DNA from: a virus
Taxonomy: Duplodnaviria; Heunggongvirae; Uroviricota; Caudoviricetes
Virus record (IMG/VR): IMGVR_UViG_3300009419_001390
DNA length: 64,000 nt
Direction: 5' to 3' (one strand)
Part shown: positions 26,301 to 37,600 of the stretch, piece by piece
Layout: the number at the start of each line of letters is the position of its first letter
Position numbering within the stretch: position 1 is the stretch's first letter
The notes under the pieces: generated by a model
The model's input: the letters and a program-made list of their open reading frames with translations, nothing else
Told to the model about the DNA's origin: nothing
The model's database searches: none
Position numbers and translations under genes: made by a program

Positions 26301-29300
26301 ATAAACGCAACCAACGGTAACATCCAAATATTACGACCAGAACATGTGTTTGCGTCTGGGAACGTAATAGCCACAGTTGGTGAATTTACTGGCCTGTCAG
26401 GTTCGTTGCGTACAGCACTACAACCAAACATTACTCAAGTTGGTACACTAGGCACATTGTCTGTAACAGGCAATGTTGGCACAGGCAATGTAAGTGGCAC
26501 TACTGGATCATTTACCAATATTGTTGGAACTGTTCTCACTGCATCACAACCCAACATCACCACTGTTGGTAATCTTGGCAATTTGAATGTAACTGGCACA
26601 GCAACCGTTGGCGGATTGGTAATCCAAGGCGGTGGTGCAGGATCTGCATTTGCTGTAGAGAATATTACCGCTACAGCAAATCTAACAACTTCTAATCTAA
26701 CAGTGACTGGTATTGCCAATTTGGTTAGCTTTACTGGTACTGTTCTAAACAACGCACAACCTTTCATTACCAGTGTAGGCACTTTGACTACCTTGGATGT
26801 GACTGGCAATGTTGATGCAGGCAATGTCAATGCCACAACTGGTCATTTTGCAAATGTCACTGCTACAACTTTAGTACGTGGTGAAAATGTATCTGCCAAT
26901 GCCAATGTCACTGCAACAAATGGTGTGTTTACCGATGTGTATGGTACACTACAAACTGCTAGTCAAACAAATATCACGTCAGTTGGCACATTAATTTCAC
27001 TTGGCGTGACAGGCAATGTCACAACTGGCAACGTTAGTGGCGCAACTGGTACATTTACCAACATACGCGGTGCCGTGCTTGATGCCAGCCAAACCAACAT
27101 CACTACTATTGGTACACTGTCTGGATTGGCAGTAACTGGCACAACTGCACTTGCAAATGTAACTGCCAATGGTGCAACATTCAAAGACATCAATGCAACT
27201 TACGCCAATATTGGCTCAGAGGCAAACATTGCTGGTAACGTAACTGCTGGTAACATCAGCGCAAGCAAAGGCACGTTTACACAAGTACAAGGCACACTAC
27301 AAACCAATTCGCAACCTTTTATTACTGAAGTTGGACTGTTAGGGAATCTAGATGTTGCTGGCACTGTACTAGCCCCTGCAGTTGGTAATGTTAGTACTCT
27401 ACTGCGTGGTTACATAGTCAACAACTTCCAACCAAATATCACTGAACTTGGTGCATTGACATCGTTGTCAGTTATTAATGTGGTCAACACTGCAAACATC
27501 ACTGCTGCCGGTGCAGTGTTGCGTGACTTGAATGTTACCACAGCAAATATTACGCTTGAAGCAAACATTGGTGGAAATGTAACATCAGCCAATATCAGCG
27601 CATTCAAAGGCACCTTTACACACATAGACGGAACACTGCTAACAAATGCACAACCGTTTATAACCAGCATTGGCACTTTGCCAAATTTGAGCGTAACTAG
27701 TAATATTGGTGTAGGCAATGTCAATGCTGTGTCCACAAACACAACTGGTAACTCTGTATCAGCCAACACACAGGTAACTGGCACAGCACAAATTGCCAAC
27801 TTGACAGTGTCTGGAAACACTGCGCTGGTCAACAATGTAAATGCACTGAGCAGTTTGAATGTGACTAATCAGTTGATTGTGTTGGGTTCCAATGTAAATG
27901 CATTCAGCGCCAACTTCCAGGCAAGTTCTGCGTCAATCACAAACACACTGTCAGTTGACACATTGTTTGTTAGATCAACAGCGGAATCAATTGAGGCAGC
28001 AACTGGAGCATTGCAAGTTGCTGGTGGCCTTGGTGTAGTTGGAAACGTAAGCGTTGATGGACTCATTACTTCACAAGGTAATTTACGTTCAGCCAAAAGT
28101 CTTGAAGTACTAGACAGTGCATTTATTGGTAATTCTATCTATCTAAATGACATTGGTGGCGGTGGCGGAACAGGAATTTATTCTAACGTAGCAAACGTTT
28201 CACTATTCCCAAGTTCTGTTACTAATCTTGATATTGGTGGCGAAGCAACATTGATCAATGTTGGTGCTATTAGCGGATTGGGTATCACTAGAGTTCGCAA
28301 CAACCTGTTGGTTGATGGATCTTTCTTTATTGCTACAGTTGGTAATATAGGCTCTGGCAACGTCACGGTCAACAACGATCTGCGTGTGCTCAACAATGCA
28401 AACGTAATCAACTCATTTACTACCAACACGTTGACTGCAACAAACAGTACATCCGGCAGCGTCACAGCCAACGTTGTTACTGTGGCTGATGTTGTTACTG
28501 TGGGTAATCTTTCAGCGGCAGCAAATGCAACTAGTTTGAGCACCGGGGCATTACGAGTGCGCGGTGGTATAAGTGCTACTGGCAATATCATTGTTGGTTT
28601 TGGTAACGTAGGTTACAATGCTGGTAAAGAAATTGTTTACATCAACAGCAACGTTGCACAGATAACAGCAGCCAATATCCAACAGCTAAGTGGTGCCTTG
28701 CAGGTACGAGGCGGCGCATCAATTGGTGGTAACCTGTATGTTGCTGGTGAAGCGACCATTATTGGTAACGTGAACTTCACAGCGTTCTTGGCAGCATCTA
28801 TCAACAACACACCAATTGGCAATGCAACACCCAGCTCAGGTGCATTTACCACGCTGGCGATTGGCGCAGGAAACGTTCGCCCACCATCACGTCCAGCAAT
28901 CAGTTTTGATTTTGCAAACAGTCGCAAACTAGATACAATATTGAATTTTTCTAGAACTGGGACAGCCACATATTATGATGCAAGAGGATTCCTGGTCACT
29001 GCTCCTAGTCAGACACCTAGATTTACCTATGATCCTAGCACATTGCGTTCACGTGGTATTCTTATTGAAGAGAGCCGCACAAACTTGTATAGAGAAAGCA
29101 ACAGCTTTGGCAATGCCAATGTATACACCACTTTGCAGGCATCAATCACAACAGTAGCACATGCTACCTCAAGTCCGGATGGAAACTATAATGCTTTCAA
29201 ATTGGTAGAAGATAGTAGTACCGGTCTTCATGCTGTTTATCAACAGGCGCCTTATGTTCCAACAATATCAGCTGGTACCACATACACAGCCAGTGCGTTT

Positions 29301-30140
29301 GTCAAACGCGGAGAACGAGATCAAGTGTCATTGGTTTTCTTTGCTGAGTCAAACCCAGCAATATTTGACTTGACCAATGGAACAATTGATTTCCAAGGAC
29401 CTGACTATCGCAGTAGCATGCAAACATTGGCCAATGGCTGGTACCGTATCCAAAGTACCATAAACAAAACCAATACCAGCGGCAACGTGGCAATTGCATC
29501 AGCAACAGGTGGATCAGTTTACTATACTGGCAATGGCACCAATGGCGTGTACATTTATGGATTCCAAGTGGAAGAAGGCGGATTTGCGACCAGTTATATT
29601 CCAACCACAACCATTGCCAACACACGCAGTTCAGAAAGCCTAACAGTTTCTAGCATTGAATTTTTACGCCGTTACAACCAAGTTGAAAACAGTGTGTTGG
29701 TTGATGCCACGCTAGACTACAATCCTAGCACATTGGTAGACAACAATAGACGTAGCACTATTGTCAGTTTCAATGATGGTACTGCAAGCAATCGCATTGC
29801 AATCCTGGCAGAAACTAAATCAGCCACTGCTGAACGCACAGCTAATTTAATTATTGTCAAAGCTGGCACAGTGGAATCCAATGCCAATATTACGTTAGGC
29901 AACTTGACCACTGTGGTCAACAACAACCGACTGGCTTCATATTTCCAGTCTGGCACATTGGCCACTGCGGCCAATGGAACTGGCACAACAACTGCTGTGG
30001 CCGGCAACGTAAGCTCATCTATCAATACAATGAATATTGGCAGTGGCCCAGGAACTAACTTTATCAACGGTACTATTGCAAAAATACAGGTATGGCCAGC
30101 ACTGGTCACTGGATCGCAATTATCTACACTAACACAATAA
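23307..30140 (+). CDS. giant tail-fibre protein (2277 aa) with conserved N-terminal anchor motif, LRAN-x-AAN repeats, about 40-aa TAAQPNITTVGTLGSL repeats, and GALxVxGGxGIxGNxYV motifs
   Basis: GAGGGTG SD; N-terminal IGSGAGAGDGDDLRTAFDKVNQNF shared with two other fibre genes; extreme Thr/Asn/Gly/Val/Ala bias. Confidence 0.7.
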   Translation: MSQQIIDIGSGAGAGDGDDLRTAFDKVNQNFANIYSGNVAVQANTLVYSVAGKQGNVQLAWFDVTGVASNVDVSQLRSSMAANSAADRAYTDAAISSLGPLPNITVTGGTIANATISNAEITAGNITVTNTATVNGALVVDGPASVTENLVVGQTLTVNTLRFSDNSSMNTVVNLTPISNAVLGANARVAAANVEIGNLRANIEAANSSIVSVQSSITTLTSNATTQALAIGAVTSNVSVLLSNVSSVWSNAVSQAVQINALRANINAANAIITSGVVTTAQMSAANVEIDNLRANVTAANAAIVSLRAQTDANAGAQHNSIAGIRANVTAANAAIVTANSALKAYTDSAISSLTTSTSGNAGVQALAINSLRANIAAANSAIAAANITVANIQISELRANIDAANAAIAAVTVAWTANAATQATQINTLTANAGAQTTSLNILTSNASAQGSAISSLQANIAAANAAIAAIAVPNLSGNVLVGNIQGYHGNFSVVSGTVQTAAQPNITTVGTLGNLVVSGNITAGRVTASVVDGTLTNGVQAGITGVGTLGSLTVTGNVTTGNVSGTTGTFTNIVGNLLTTAQPNITTVGTLGSLAVTGNIDSGNINTLNANIATNRLTANTVAGTLITPVQTNITRVGTLVNLAVTGNTTSGNVTASGTVQAAGLSGTVLTAEQPNITTVGNLTSLIVVGNLGVIGNIINSVNSAIVIGTVVSDFTLANTLVSSNISGTLFTAQQPNITSVGTLTSITTSGNLVASNVVANTQISAPTLVGNLTGPTATISGNILSGNVWVLGRIYADGNIDGNIVNATVGIKTEEVFANIGYFTDLNGTVKTNAQPFITAIGTLSALSVDGPVSITGSQFVAQDFYVTGNLFVNGNTTTVSAGNVTTSDKDLTLANGAVNSTAARGSGILIGQGGAYGNLTIYDGVWTTPNAFAIAGNVSTGNVSGSKGSFSIVGGTLETAAQPNITSVGTLTSVTTTGAVTAANITVAGATIQDINATNGNIQILRPEHVFASGNVIATVGEFTGLSGSLRTALQPNITQVGTLGTLSVTGNVGTGNVSGTTGSFTNIVGTVLTASQPNITTVGNLGNLNVTGTATVGGLVIQGGGAGSAFAVENITATANLTTSNLTVTGIANLVSFTGTVLNNAQPFITSVGTLTTLDVTGNVDAGNVNATTGHFANVTATTLVRGENVSANANVTATNGVFTDVYGTLQTASQTNITSVGTLISLGVTGNVTTGNVSGATGTFTNIRGAVLDASQTNITTIGTLSGLAVTGTTALANVTANGATFKDINATYANIGSEANIAGNVTAGNISASKGTFTQVQGTLQTNSQPFITEVGLLGNLDVAGTVLAPAVGNVSTLLRGYIVNNFQPNITELGALTSLSVINVVNTANITAAGAVLRDLNVTTANITLEANIGGNVTSANISAFKGTFTHIDGTLLTNAQPFITSIGTLPNLSVTSNIGVGNVNAVSTNTTGNSVSANTQVTGTAQIANLTVSGNTALVNNVNALSSLNVTNQLIVLGSNVNAFSANFQASSASITNTLSVDTLFVRSTAESIEAATGALQVAGGLGVVGNVSVDGLITSQGNLRSAKSLEVLDSAFIGNSIYLNDIGGGGGTGIYSNVANVSLFPSSVTNLDIGGEATLINVGAISGLGITRVRNNLLVDGSFFIATVGNIGSGNVTVNNDLRVLNNANVINSFTTNTLTATNSTSGSVTANVVTVADVVTVGNLSAAANATSLSTGALRVRGGISATGNIIVGFGNVGYNAGKEIVYINSNVAQITAANIQQLSGALQVRGGASIGGNLYVAGEATIIGNVNFTAFLAASINNTPIGNATPSSGAFTTLAIGAGNVRPPSRPAISFDFANSRKLDTILNFSRTGTATYYDARGFLVTAPSQTPRFTYDPSTLRSRGILIEESRTNLYRESNSFGNANVYTTLQASITTVAHATSSPDGNYNAFKLVEDSSTGLHAVYQQAPYVPTISAGTTYTASAFVKRGERDQVSLVFFAESNPAIFDLTNGTIDFQGPDYRSSMQTLANGWYRIQSTINKTNTSGNVAIASATGGSVYYTGNGTNGVYIYGFQVEEGGFATSYIPTTTIANTRSSESLTVSSIEFLRRYNQVENSVLVDATLDYNPSTLVDNNRRSTIVSFNDGTASNRIAILAETKSATAERTANLIIVKAGTVESNANITLGNLTTVVNNNRLASYFQSGTLATAANGTGTTTAVAGNVSSSINTMNIGSGPGTNFINGTIAKIQVWPALVTGSQLSTLTQ
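24186..24313 (+). repeat. exact 32-nt direct repeat (cgtgccaacgtcacagcagccaatgcggccat) at 24186..24217 and 24282..24313, in frame, within fibre gene
   Basis: read directly from sequence. Confidence 0.7.
24780..27700 (+). repeat. degenerate tandem repeat of about 117-123 nt (about 40 aa) inside the fibre gene
   Basis: recurring ...CAACCAAATATTACCACAGTTGGTACTCTTGG... blocks. Confidence 0.5.
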
Positions 30141-30152
30141 TGGAATCAACGC

Positions 30153-30569
30153 ATGCCTGATCAAAATTTAATCATTGGACCACTACCAAATCAAGTACCC
30201 ACCAACGGCGACCTCGGTGGGCTGGCTTACATGGATCCAGATCCTTATGTAAACACCCGGTCAATAAATGTGGTGGCGCCAACGGCTACAACCACTGTGC
30301 TGGACAATTTTGCTATATCACAAAGCCGTACAGCCAAGTATGTTGTTCAAGCAACTTATAGCACTGTGGTTTATGCCAGTGAAATTCTGCTGACACACGA
30401 CGGTACCTATGTTTACACCACAGAGTTTGCTCGTTTAACCAACCAGCCAACCAGCCTGCTGGCAACATTTGATGCTGTTATTGCCGGCGATGTAATAAAT
30501 TTCCGTTTTACCAATAATGTTGGGCAAGATGTTACAGTGACCGCAACTCGCATTGCCATTAACTCTTGA
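30153..30569 (+). CDS. small fibre-associated protein (138 aa), beta-rich
   Basis: position between fibre genes. Confidence 0.4.
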   Translation: MPDQNLIIGPLPNQVPTNGDLGGLAYMDPDPYVNTRSINVVAPTATTTVLDNFAISQSRTAKYVVQATYSTVVYASEILLTHDGTYVYTTEFARLTNQPTSLLATFDAVIAGDVINFRFTNNVGQDVTVTATRIAINS

Positions 30570-30584
30570 GGTCAGGATTGAGCA

Positions 30585-30592
30585 ATAAATAT
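30585..30592 (+). promoter_or_regulatory. late promoter-like motif ATAAATAT, 18 nt upstream of ATG
   Basis: same motif and spacing as 23281. Confidence 0.35.
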
Positions 30593-30609
30593 GCAGATAG
30601 GACACAGAA

Positions 30610-31533
30610 ATGGCAATAAGTGAAATTAATGTAGGGTCTACACCAAACGACGGAACTGGTGATAGTATCCGTGATGCTTTTTCCAAGGTAAACGACAATT
30701 TTGTTTTCCTTGACGATGCACGACAAAATTTAACCACAGGTAATCTCACTGCCACAGGCAATATTGCTTTAAGAGCCAGCGTTCCAAGTTATTGGACTGG
30801 TACATACTTTCTTAATGGGGTACAAATAGCCACAGTAGGCACATTGTTCTCGGGTGGTACAGTTAGTGATCCAACTCAGTTTCAAGCATCCACACCCAGC
30901 ACCAGTAACACATCAGGTGCAGTGGTAATTTCTGGAGGTTTGGGTGTAGGTGGATCATCGTACCTGAGTTCACTGTTTGCTAGACAAGCCACAATTGAAT
31001 TAAGTTTAAGTGCCGCTACACTAACTGTTCAGGGTGTGACTGACCTAATAGGTTCGGTAAGTACTGGTGCATTAGAAACTGATGGAACCTATGACGTGAC
31101 TGGTAACGTCACAATTGGTAACATTTCTGCACTTGCATCAAACACAAACAAAAGAAGTGTCACAGCATCCTTTGGAACATTTTCTGAAGTAACTGGGACA
31201 TCACAAACTGCCGCACAACCAAATATTACTTCGCTAGGAACTCTCACAAGTCTAGCAGTGACTGGTAATATTTCTGCGGCAAATATAACTTTAACCTGGG
31301 GACAGGTCACAGCTAGACAAGCAGTCATTACCGGCAATGTAAGTGTCGGAGCTAATCTTGTGGTGCAAGGAACTGCATCGCTTGCTGGTAATATCACTGC
31401 TGGTAACATTAGTGCAAATATTGGTAGCTATAGCAGCCTAACAGTAAATACTATCCCAACAGTTAAAAGTGTAACAACAAGAGAATACGTAACAGCTACC
31501 GTGGTGGGCTTCGCCATTGGGCTGGGATCATAA
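30610..31533 (+). CDS. tail-fibre protein (307 aa) with the shared N-terminal anchor motif
   Basis: VGSTPNDGTGDSIRDAFSKVNDNF N-terminus; TAAQPNITS repeat; GAVVISGGLGVGGSSY motif. Confidence 0.6.
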   Translation: MAISEINVGSTPNDGTGDSIRDAFSKVNDNFVFLDDARQNLTTGNLTATGNIALRASVPSYWTGTYFLNGVQIATVGTLFSGGTVSDPTQFQASTPSTSNTSGAVVISGGLGVGGSSYLSSLFARQATIELSLSAATLTVQGVTDLIGSVSTGALETDGTYDVTGNVTIGNISALASNTNKRSVTASFGTFSEVTGTSQTAAQPNITSLGTLTSLAVTGNISAANITLTWGQVTARQAVITGNVSVGANLVVQGTASLAGNITAGNISANIGSYSSLTVNTIPTVKSVTTREYVTATVVGFAIGLGS

Positions 31534-31548
31534 ATTGGAGTAGATTAA

Positions 31549-34500
31549 ATGGCAAAAAAGCAACTTAGGAAGTATAGTTTCACCCCCGGAGCAGCCGGTG
31601 TTGGTTATGTAGTGGTCGAAGGAAAACAAGACCAATACAAGCTACTGCTGATAACCAACGTGACTCGAGGAGTTATTCTTTACAACTTTGCCGACACACA
31701 GAACACAGCGGTTACTGTAACATACAAACCCGGTGGTATTAAAACTACAACGGCAGATTCATCTGTTGTAACCTACGACGATGTTCCAATTGGCAGCGGT
31801 GTAGTAGGCACTGCGGTTATACAAAATACACCAGGCCAAGGTGAAACCACAATTAGATTTGACGGAATAAGCACCACAGGACACAGCGCCAATGATGAAC
31901 TGAGTATCTTCGTTGAAGAAGCATATCAAATGGTTCGTGCATGGAATGACTTTGGCACTGACGCAATTGAACGTCAGCGTGTGGCCAACCCCCAATCACA
32001 GATTGACGCTGACTTTGAATACGGACTACAAGCCACCAAATGGCAAGGCTTTGAGCTTGTTCAGCAGTATCCTAGTGTGTACGAAATTCCTGGTTCAGAA
32101 TTAAACATCAGTGACATCACATCAGACAACGCTATTCCAAGTTTGATCACTGTTACCACCAGCAGCGGTCATGGCATGAACATTAACGATCCAATTACTG
32201 TACAAGGCATTGACGTCAATACTACTGGATTTACTCGAGCACAAGGAACAACTATTCTTGCTAGTAATACTGGTGTTACTTCGTTTACTTACTATGCCAA
32301 AGGACAAGTCACTCCACTGGCAGGCGCAGGAACCAGTATCATAAGTCCTCGTATAATCATAAGAAAAGGTGGTTTTTTCTCTGGTGCCAATCTGTCAGTC
32401 TCTCAGTTTACTAGCAACAACGGAACTCCAAGTTCAGTAACAATTACCTTTGGCTCCTCGCATGGTTTTGTGCCAGGCATGCCATTGCTGATTGGTGGTG
32501 ATCCAGCATTCAACTCAAATCAATTTACAAATTTGATTGGGTCATATTATGCCAACTCAATTCCTACTCCAAGCACTGTGGAATTTACTGCTCGCGGACT
32601 GGTAAACATTCCTAGCACAGTGGCCCCAAACGGCAGCAACTTGTTAACAGTCTACACACGCAACGACGGATTCTTTACACATCGTCCTGGAGATGGTGGT
32701 GTGCTCATGGGCACAGCAAGTGCCATACATGGTGCAAGTACAACTCGTCAAAGCAAAAAATACTTTCGGTATCAGTCTGGTAAGGGCTTGTTGTACACCA
32801 CTGGTGTACTGTTTGCGCCAAACTATGACATTACCAGTATTGTAATTACCAACCCACCTGCACAAGGTGCAGGTTCTGCAATCCTGCGTATCACCACAGC
32901 TATTCCACACGGTTGCCAAATTGGTGCAGTTGTGCGAGTTACTGGTTGCGTGGATTCTGCAACTTCGTCTGGATTTAATGCACAATACACTGTTCTAAGT
33001 GTAGAAAGCGATGTACAACTTAATGTGCTTGCCTCTCAGTTGATCACTGGATCAGCTGCCGATATCGCAGGCGTGCCTAAACTGTATATGTATCAGTGGA
33101 ATGGTGCATGTATTCGTACAGGCCCACATGATGACGCCAATGGTATGTTCTTTGAATATGACGGACAAAACTTCAACGTTGTCAAGCGTACTAGTACGCT
33201 TCAATTGGCAGGTACTGTGACATTTACACCAGATTCAAATGCACTAACTGGTATTGGATCATTGTGGACCAATCAATTGAAAATTGGTGATCGTGTGGTC
33301 ATCAAAGGCATGGTTCACAAGGTAAACTTTATTACTTCTGCAACTAGTATTTCTGTTACTCCAGACTATCGTGGTGCAACAACAACCAGTGGTAACTACA
33401 TGTTCAAAGTGCAAGAAGTACGTGTGAAGCAAGCAGACTTTAACTACGATCCTGCAGACGGCACAGGACCGTCAGGTTATAAGATGGATCCTAACCACAT
33501 GCAGATGATTGGTATTCAGTTTACCTGGTACGGTGCTGGTTTTATGGATTTTATGGTACGTGGCAGCGATGGTAATTTTATTATCCTGCACCGCATGAAA
33601 CAAAACAACGTGAACGTAACTGCTTCTATGCGTTCAGCCAACTTACCAGTTCGCTATGAAGTTAACAATGAAGCATCCAATGGTGTGGTACAGTTGAAAA
33701 CCATTGGTGGACTTGATCCTGCTTCCAGTAGTTGTGCAGTAAGTGATGCTAGTTTCTTGCCAGACACTGGTTTTATCTACATGAACTATGAGTTAATTAG
33801 ATATGCCAGCATCAATCGCAACGATTTACCATTTCCAATTCTCAACAGCTTGACTCGTTGTGCGGCGGCCAACGTGTTTATTGGAGGCTCTTATAGAACC
33901 ATCCACGGTCGACCAGTTCCGCAATCCCATGCTTCAGGATCGGGTATAGAACTAGTAAGTTTAACAGCCAGTCCAAACATGAGTCACTGGGGTAGTTCAT
34001 ATATCATGGACGGCGGTTTTGATCTAGATCGTGGTTATGCGTTCTCGTATACTAGAGCGTCAACACCAATTACTTCTACACAAAGCTCAGCATTTGGTAT
34101 TAGGCTTGCCCCTAGTGCGTCCAACGGATTGGTTGGAGACTTGGGTGTGCGTGAATTGCTTAACCGTGCTCAATTGTTGCTACAAAACATTGACGTCACA
34201 GTGGGCAATGCCTCAGTGACTGATGGTGTGCGTAGTGCAGTTCAAGCTAATTGTGTAATTGAAGCTAACTCTGCTATTCTTGTACAGGGAATTTTGAATC
34301 CCAGCAATTATTCAAACAACGAAACCTGGACTGTGTTAAACAAAACAGCCACTGGTAACCAGCCTAGTTTTACACAAATTGCAGAAGTTCCTAGTTTCAG
34401 TTCTGGCACATCTGCAGCACCGGGCGAAAAAATCTTTGAATTTATTGCAAGTCCAGGACAATTGAATCAATTGGATTTGACAGGAATCAAGGAATTGACG

Positions 34501-34647
34501 CAGAGTGCTGTGGGCGGACGTGGTACGTTTCCAAATGGATCTGACAGCTTGTACATCACTCTAGCACTTTATCCAACTGGTACGCAACCACCTAGAATCA
34601 TGGGAAATGTGAGTTTGACGCTACGATGGAACGAAGCGCAGGCCTAA
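31549..34647 (+). CDS. large structural protein (1032 aa), baseplate or fibre component
   Basis: position in fibre module; upstream ATAAATT + TGGAG. Confidence 0.5.
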   Translation: MAKKQLRKYSFTPGAAGVGYVVVEGKQDQYKLLLITNVTRGVILYNFADTQNTAVTVTYKPGGIKTTTADSSVVTYDDVPIGSGVVGTAVIQNTPGQGETTIRFDGISTTGHSANDELSIFVEEAYQMVRAWNDFGTDAIERQRVANPQSQIDADFEYGLQATKWQGFELVQQYPSVYEIPGSELNISDITSDNAIPSLITVTTSSGHGMNINDPITVQGIDVNTTGFTRAQGTTILASNTGVTSFTYYAKGQVTPLAGAGTSIISPRIIIRKGGFFSGANLSVSQFTSNNGTPSSVTITFGSSHGFVPGMPLLIGGDPAFNSNQFTNLIGSYYANSIPTPSTVEFTARGLVNIPSTVAPNGSNLLTVYTRNDGFFTHRPGDGGVLMGTASAIHGASTTRQSKKYFRYQSGKGLLYTTGVLFAPNYDITSIVITNPPAQGAGSAILRITTAIPHGCQIGAVVRVTGCVDSATSSGFNAQYTVLSVESDVQLNVLASQLITGSAADIAGVPKLYMYQWNGACIRTGPHDDANGMFFEYDGQNFNVVKRTSTLQLAGTVTFTPDSNALTGIGSLWTNQLKIGDRVVIKGMVHKVNFITSATSISVTPDYRGATTTSGNYMFKVQEVRVKQADFNYDPADGTGPSGYKMDPNHMQMIGIQFTWYGAGFMDFMVRGSDGNFIILHRMKQNNVNVTASMRSANLPVRYEVNNEASNGVVQLKTIGGLDPASSSCAVSDASFLPDTGFIYMNYELIRYASINRNDLPFPILNSLTRCAAANVFIGGSYRTIHGRPVPQSHASGSGIELVSLTASPNMSHWGSSYIMDGGFDLDRGYAFSYTRASTPITSTQSSAFGIRLAPSASNGLVGDLGVRELLNRAQLLLQNIDVTVGNASVTDGVRSAVQANCVIEANSAILVQGILNPSNYSNNETWTVLNKTATGNQPSFTQIAEVPSFSSGTSAAPGEKIFEFIASPGQLNQLDLTGIKELTQSAVGGRGTFPNGSDSLYITLALYPTGTQPPRIMGNVSLTLRWNEAQA

Positions 34648-34663
34648 TACGTTTTTCAGTTCC

Positions 34664-34670
34664 ATAAATA
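34664..34670 (+). promoter_or_regulatory. late promoter-like motif ATAAATA
   Basis: 18 nt upstream of ATG 34688. Confidence 0.3.
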
Positions 34671-34687
34671 CATAAAATGGAACACAC

Positions 34688-37600
34688 ATGGCAAAAATAA
34701 CATGGGTCACTCCGCAAGGAGATCTTGGCACATATCCAGAAAATGTAGAATTCAGCTTCCTGTTGGAAGCTGATGATCCACTGGCTCCGGATTCTGATCT
34801 AGGGTTTGATCCTAGAAACAGCCTGACTGGCAACGGTATTCCCAATCAAGTAACTGTTGAAATTGAAACCAACAAAACTCGTTGGCAAGTACAGTCGTTG
34901 AATTTACCAGGTTTTGCCAGTGTCGGAGCATTTCCTAATGATCAAAATCCCAATCGCATCACTGCTCAGCCAATTGATGCACAGTATCCCTATCGCGGTG
35001 GCCGCAACAAAGTAGCAGAAACATTTACTCCATTACCATTGGGTCCAATTGGCATCAGTGCAGTTGGCGTGGTATTATTTGGACCGGCTGCGGATATACG
35101 TGTCCCAGGACTAAACAACACAGTATGGAACGTGAATGCCAATGTTGCAGATATATTTGGTGAAGACCAATTTGGCGGATACCCACAGCCAAACGGTATG
35201 TATCATTATCATGACACAAAATTTATCAACAGCAATGCCTGGGGTAACATAGATCAATGGAAAGACGGATATCGTCATGCCAATGGACACAGCAAGATAA
35301 TAGGCTGGGCCGCTGACGGTTATCCTATATATGGTCCATATGGATATATCAATCCAATGTCTGCAAGTGCTATTGTTAGAATGCAGTCAGGTTATACTGC
35401 TGTGGCCAGTGACAATCGTCCACGACCTGCCGCTGTAAAAATACCCTCAGGACGCTATGAATTTGCAAAAGTTCCTGTGACTGAAACCACAGGACTATTT
35501 CCTGGACAACGCATACGCGGTCCATGGCCTGAAGACAAGATAAGAATTATTGCAGTATACAACAACGAAATATTGCTCAACCAAGTCTTGCCAACAGAAA
35601 TTCGACCAGGAGTTAGATTATCAGCATATTGGCCAATTGGTGTGTTTGTTGAAGACTATCAGTATACCGCTCCGCAAGGAACCAGCTTGGATCCTAGCAA
35701 TGGCAGATATTGTGTGACTCCTGAGTTTCCTGCAGGAACTTACGCATACTTTTCAACAGAAGATGTGAATAGTGAACCAGTGTATCCTTACATGGTAGGC
35801 CCAAATTACTACGGTGACATCACGCCAGATGACATACCTGGTGTGGCAAATATTGAACCAGCTCCGTCAACCTTGACCTATACCATACTCAGCGGTAGTT
35901 TGCCAATTGGCATTCAACTGCGCAGAGATGGACTAATTTATGGTTTCCCCTCAGTCACTACCATAGGCGTTAGTGACGTAAGAGAATATTCTTTTACTGT
36001 TCGTGCAACAAATACCATTGGTCAAATTGCAGATAGAACTTTTGTTATTTCTATCAACAACATTGTTCCTCCACAGATTCTCACAACTGGTATTAGAGGC
36101 GAAGGTGTTGGACAAACAATTGGCAATATTGATCTTGCGTTTACAAACATTGGATTAGGATACTTTTCTACCAATGTGAGTATAGCAATTAGCGATCCAG
36201 ACATCATAGGCGGAGAACCTGCTGTTGCTGGCAAAGTGTATCTTCACGCCAACGGAGCTATTAAAGCTGTTGGTTTGGTAAGTTCCGGCACTGGCTATAC
36301 TTCATTGCCTACCATTGGCATCACTGGCGGTAACACAGTTGCGGCAAGTTGTACAATTACATCACTAACTAAATCAGGTAGAGAAAATCTTGGTTATTAC
36401 TTTGATGGTGATTATGTTGACATAAAAATTAACGCACTTGAAATCAGTCCTACTGGAATACTGCAATGGCAAGTATCGCAAGGTTCGTTGCCGCCAGGAT
36501 TGGTAATTGATCAAACTGGCCGTATTAGTGGATTTGCACAAGCGCCGGCCAGACCTGGCGATGTTGGTACAGCGGCATATGATGTTGGGCGGTATGATCA
36601 ATTTGTTTATGATTTTGAAGGTGCGGCAGACAGTCGTGTGTATCTTTTCAATCTTCGTATTTTTGATGGCATTAACTATGTTGATCAACGATATCGTCTG
36701 GGCATATACGACAAAACTTATTTCCTTGTTGACAATGAATTAATTACCGCTGACTCTACTCGTTACACTGCGGACCGAGACGGCTACCAATATCCAAGCA
36801 TTGTTACTGCCAGTACCACGTTGCCACCAGTGCGACAAGGACAACAATATGCATATCAATTTCAGTCGTATATTTCTAATCCCAACTTAGAAGTCAAATG
36901 GAGTGTAAATGCAGGAGGCCCTGCAAGGTTTGATCAAGGAGCCAGTCCCAATCCCGACGATAATAATCGATTCTTTACCGTGGTGCCATACGACGATCGT
37001 AGCTTTGACCAAACTGATTTAAGTTTACCAGGAGGAATTTTCCTAGATGGCGACACCGGTTGGCTACTTGGAAGAATTGGCACAGTAACACAAGCAGAAA
37101 GCACTTACGAATTTACTGTAACGGCCTATGTTGAAGTTCCAATTTCTCAATCAACAACCAGTATTCGTCGCAGTCAACCAGTTAAATTCAGCATTACTGT
37201 ACTGAGTGACATTAAAGAAACTGTTACTTGGCTATCACCCAGTGATCTTGGCACCATTGACAATGGTCAGATCAGCAGTGTTGCTATCGAAGCATCAACC
37301 AATAAAAATAGTACACTGACCTACAAAGTAAAAAGTGGACAGTATCTGCGTGTTCCGCAAGGGCTTAATTTACAGAGCAACGGATTACTCAGTGGACGAA
37401 CTACCTTTGACTACTTTAGCATGGATCGTAGAAACAGCGAAATTACTTTTGATAGTGAAAGTAATACCTATGACAGCAAATATGTGTTTACTGTGATAGC
37501 TCAGGACGCCACTGGGTCAGTCTACGACGAAAAAGAATTTACTCTTACAGTTACAAATGTAAACAAGAAGCCCTACGAAAATCTTTATCTAAAGGCTCTG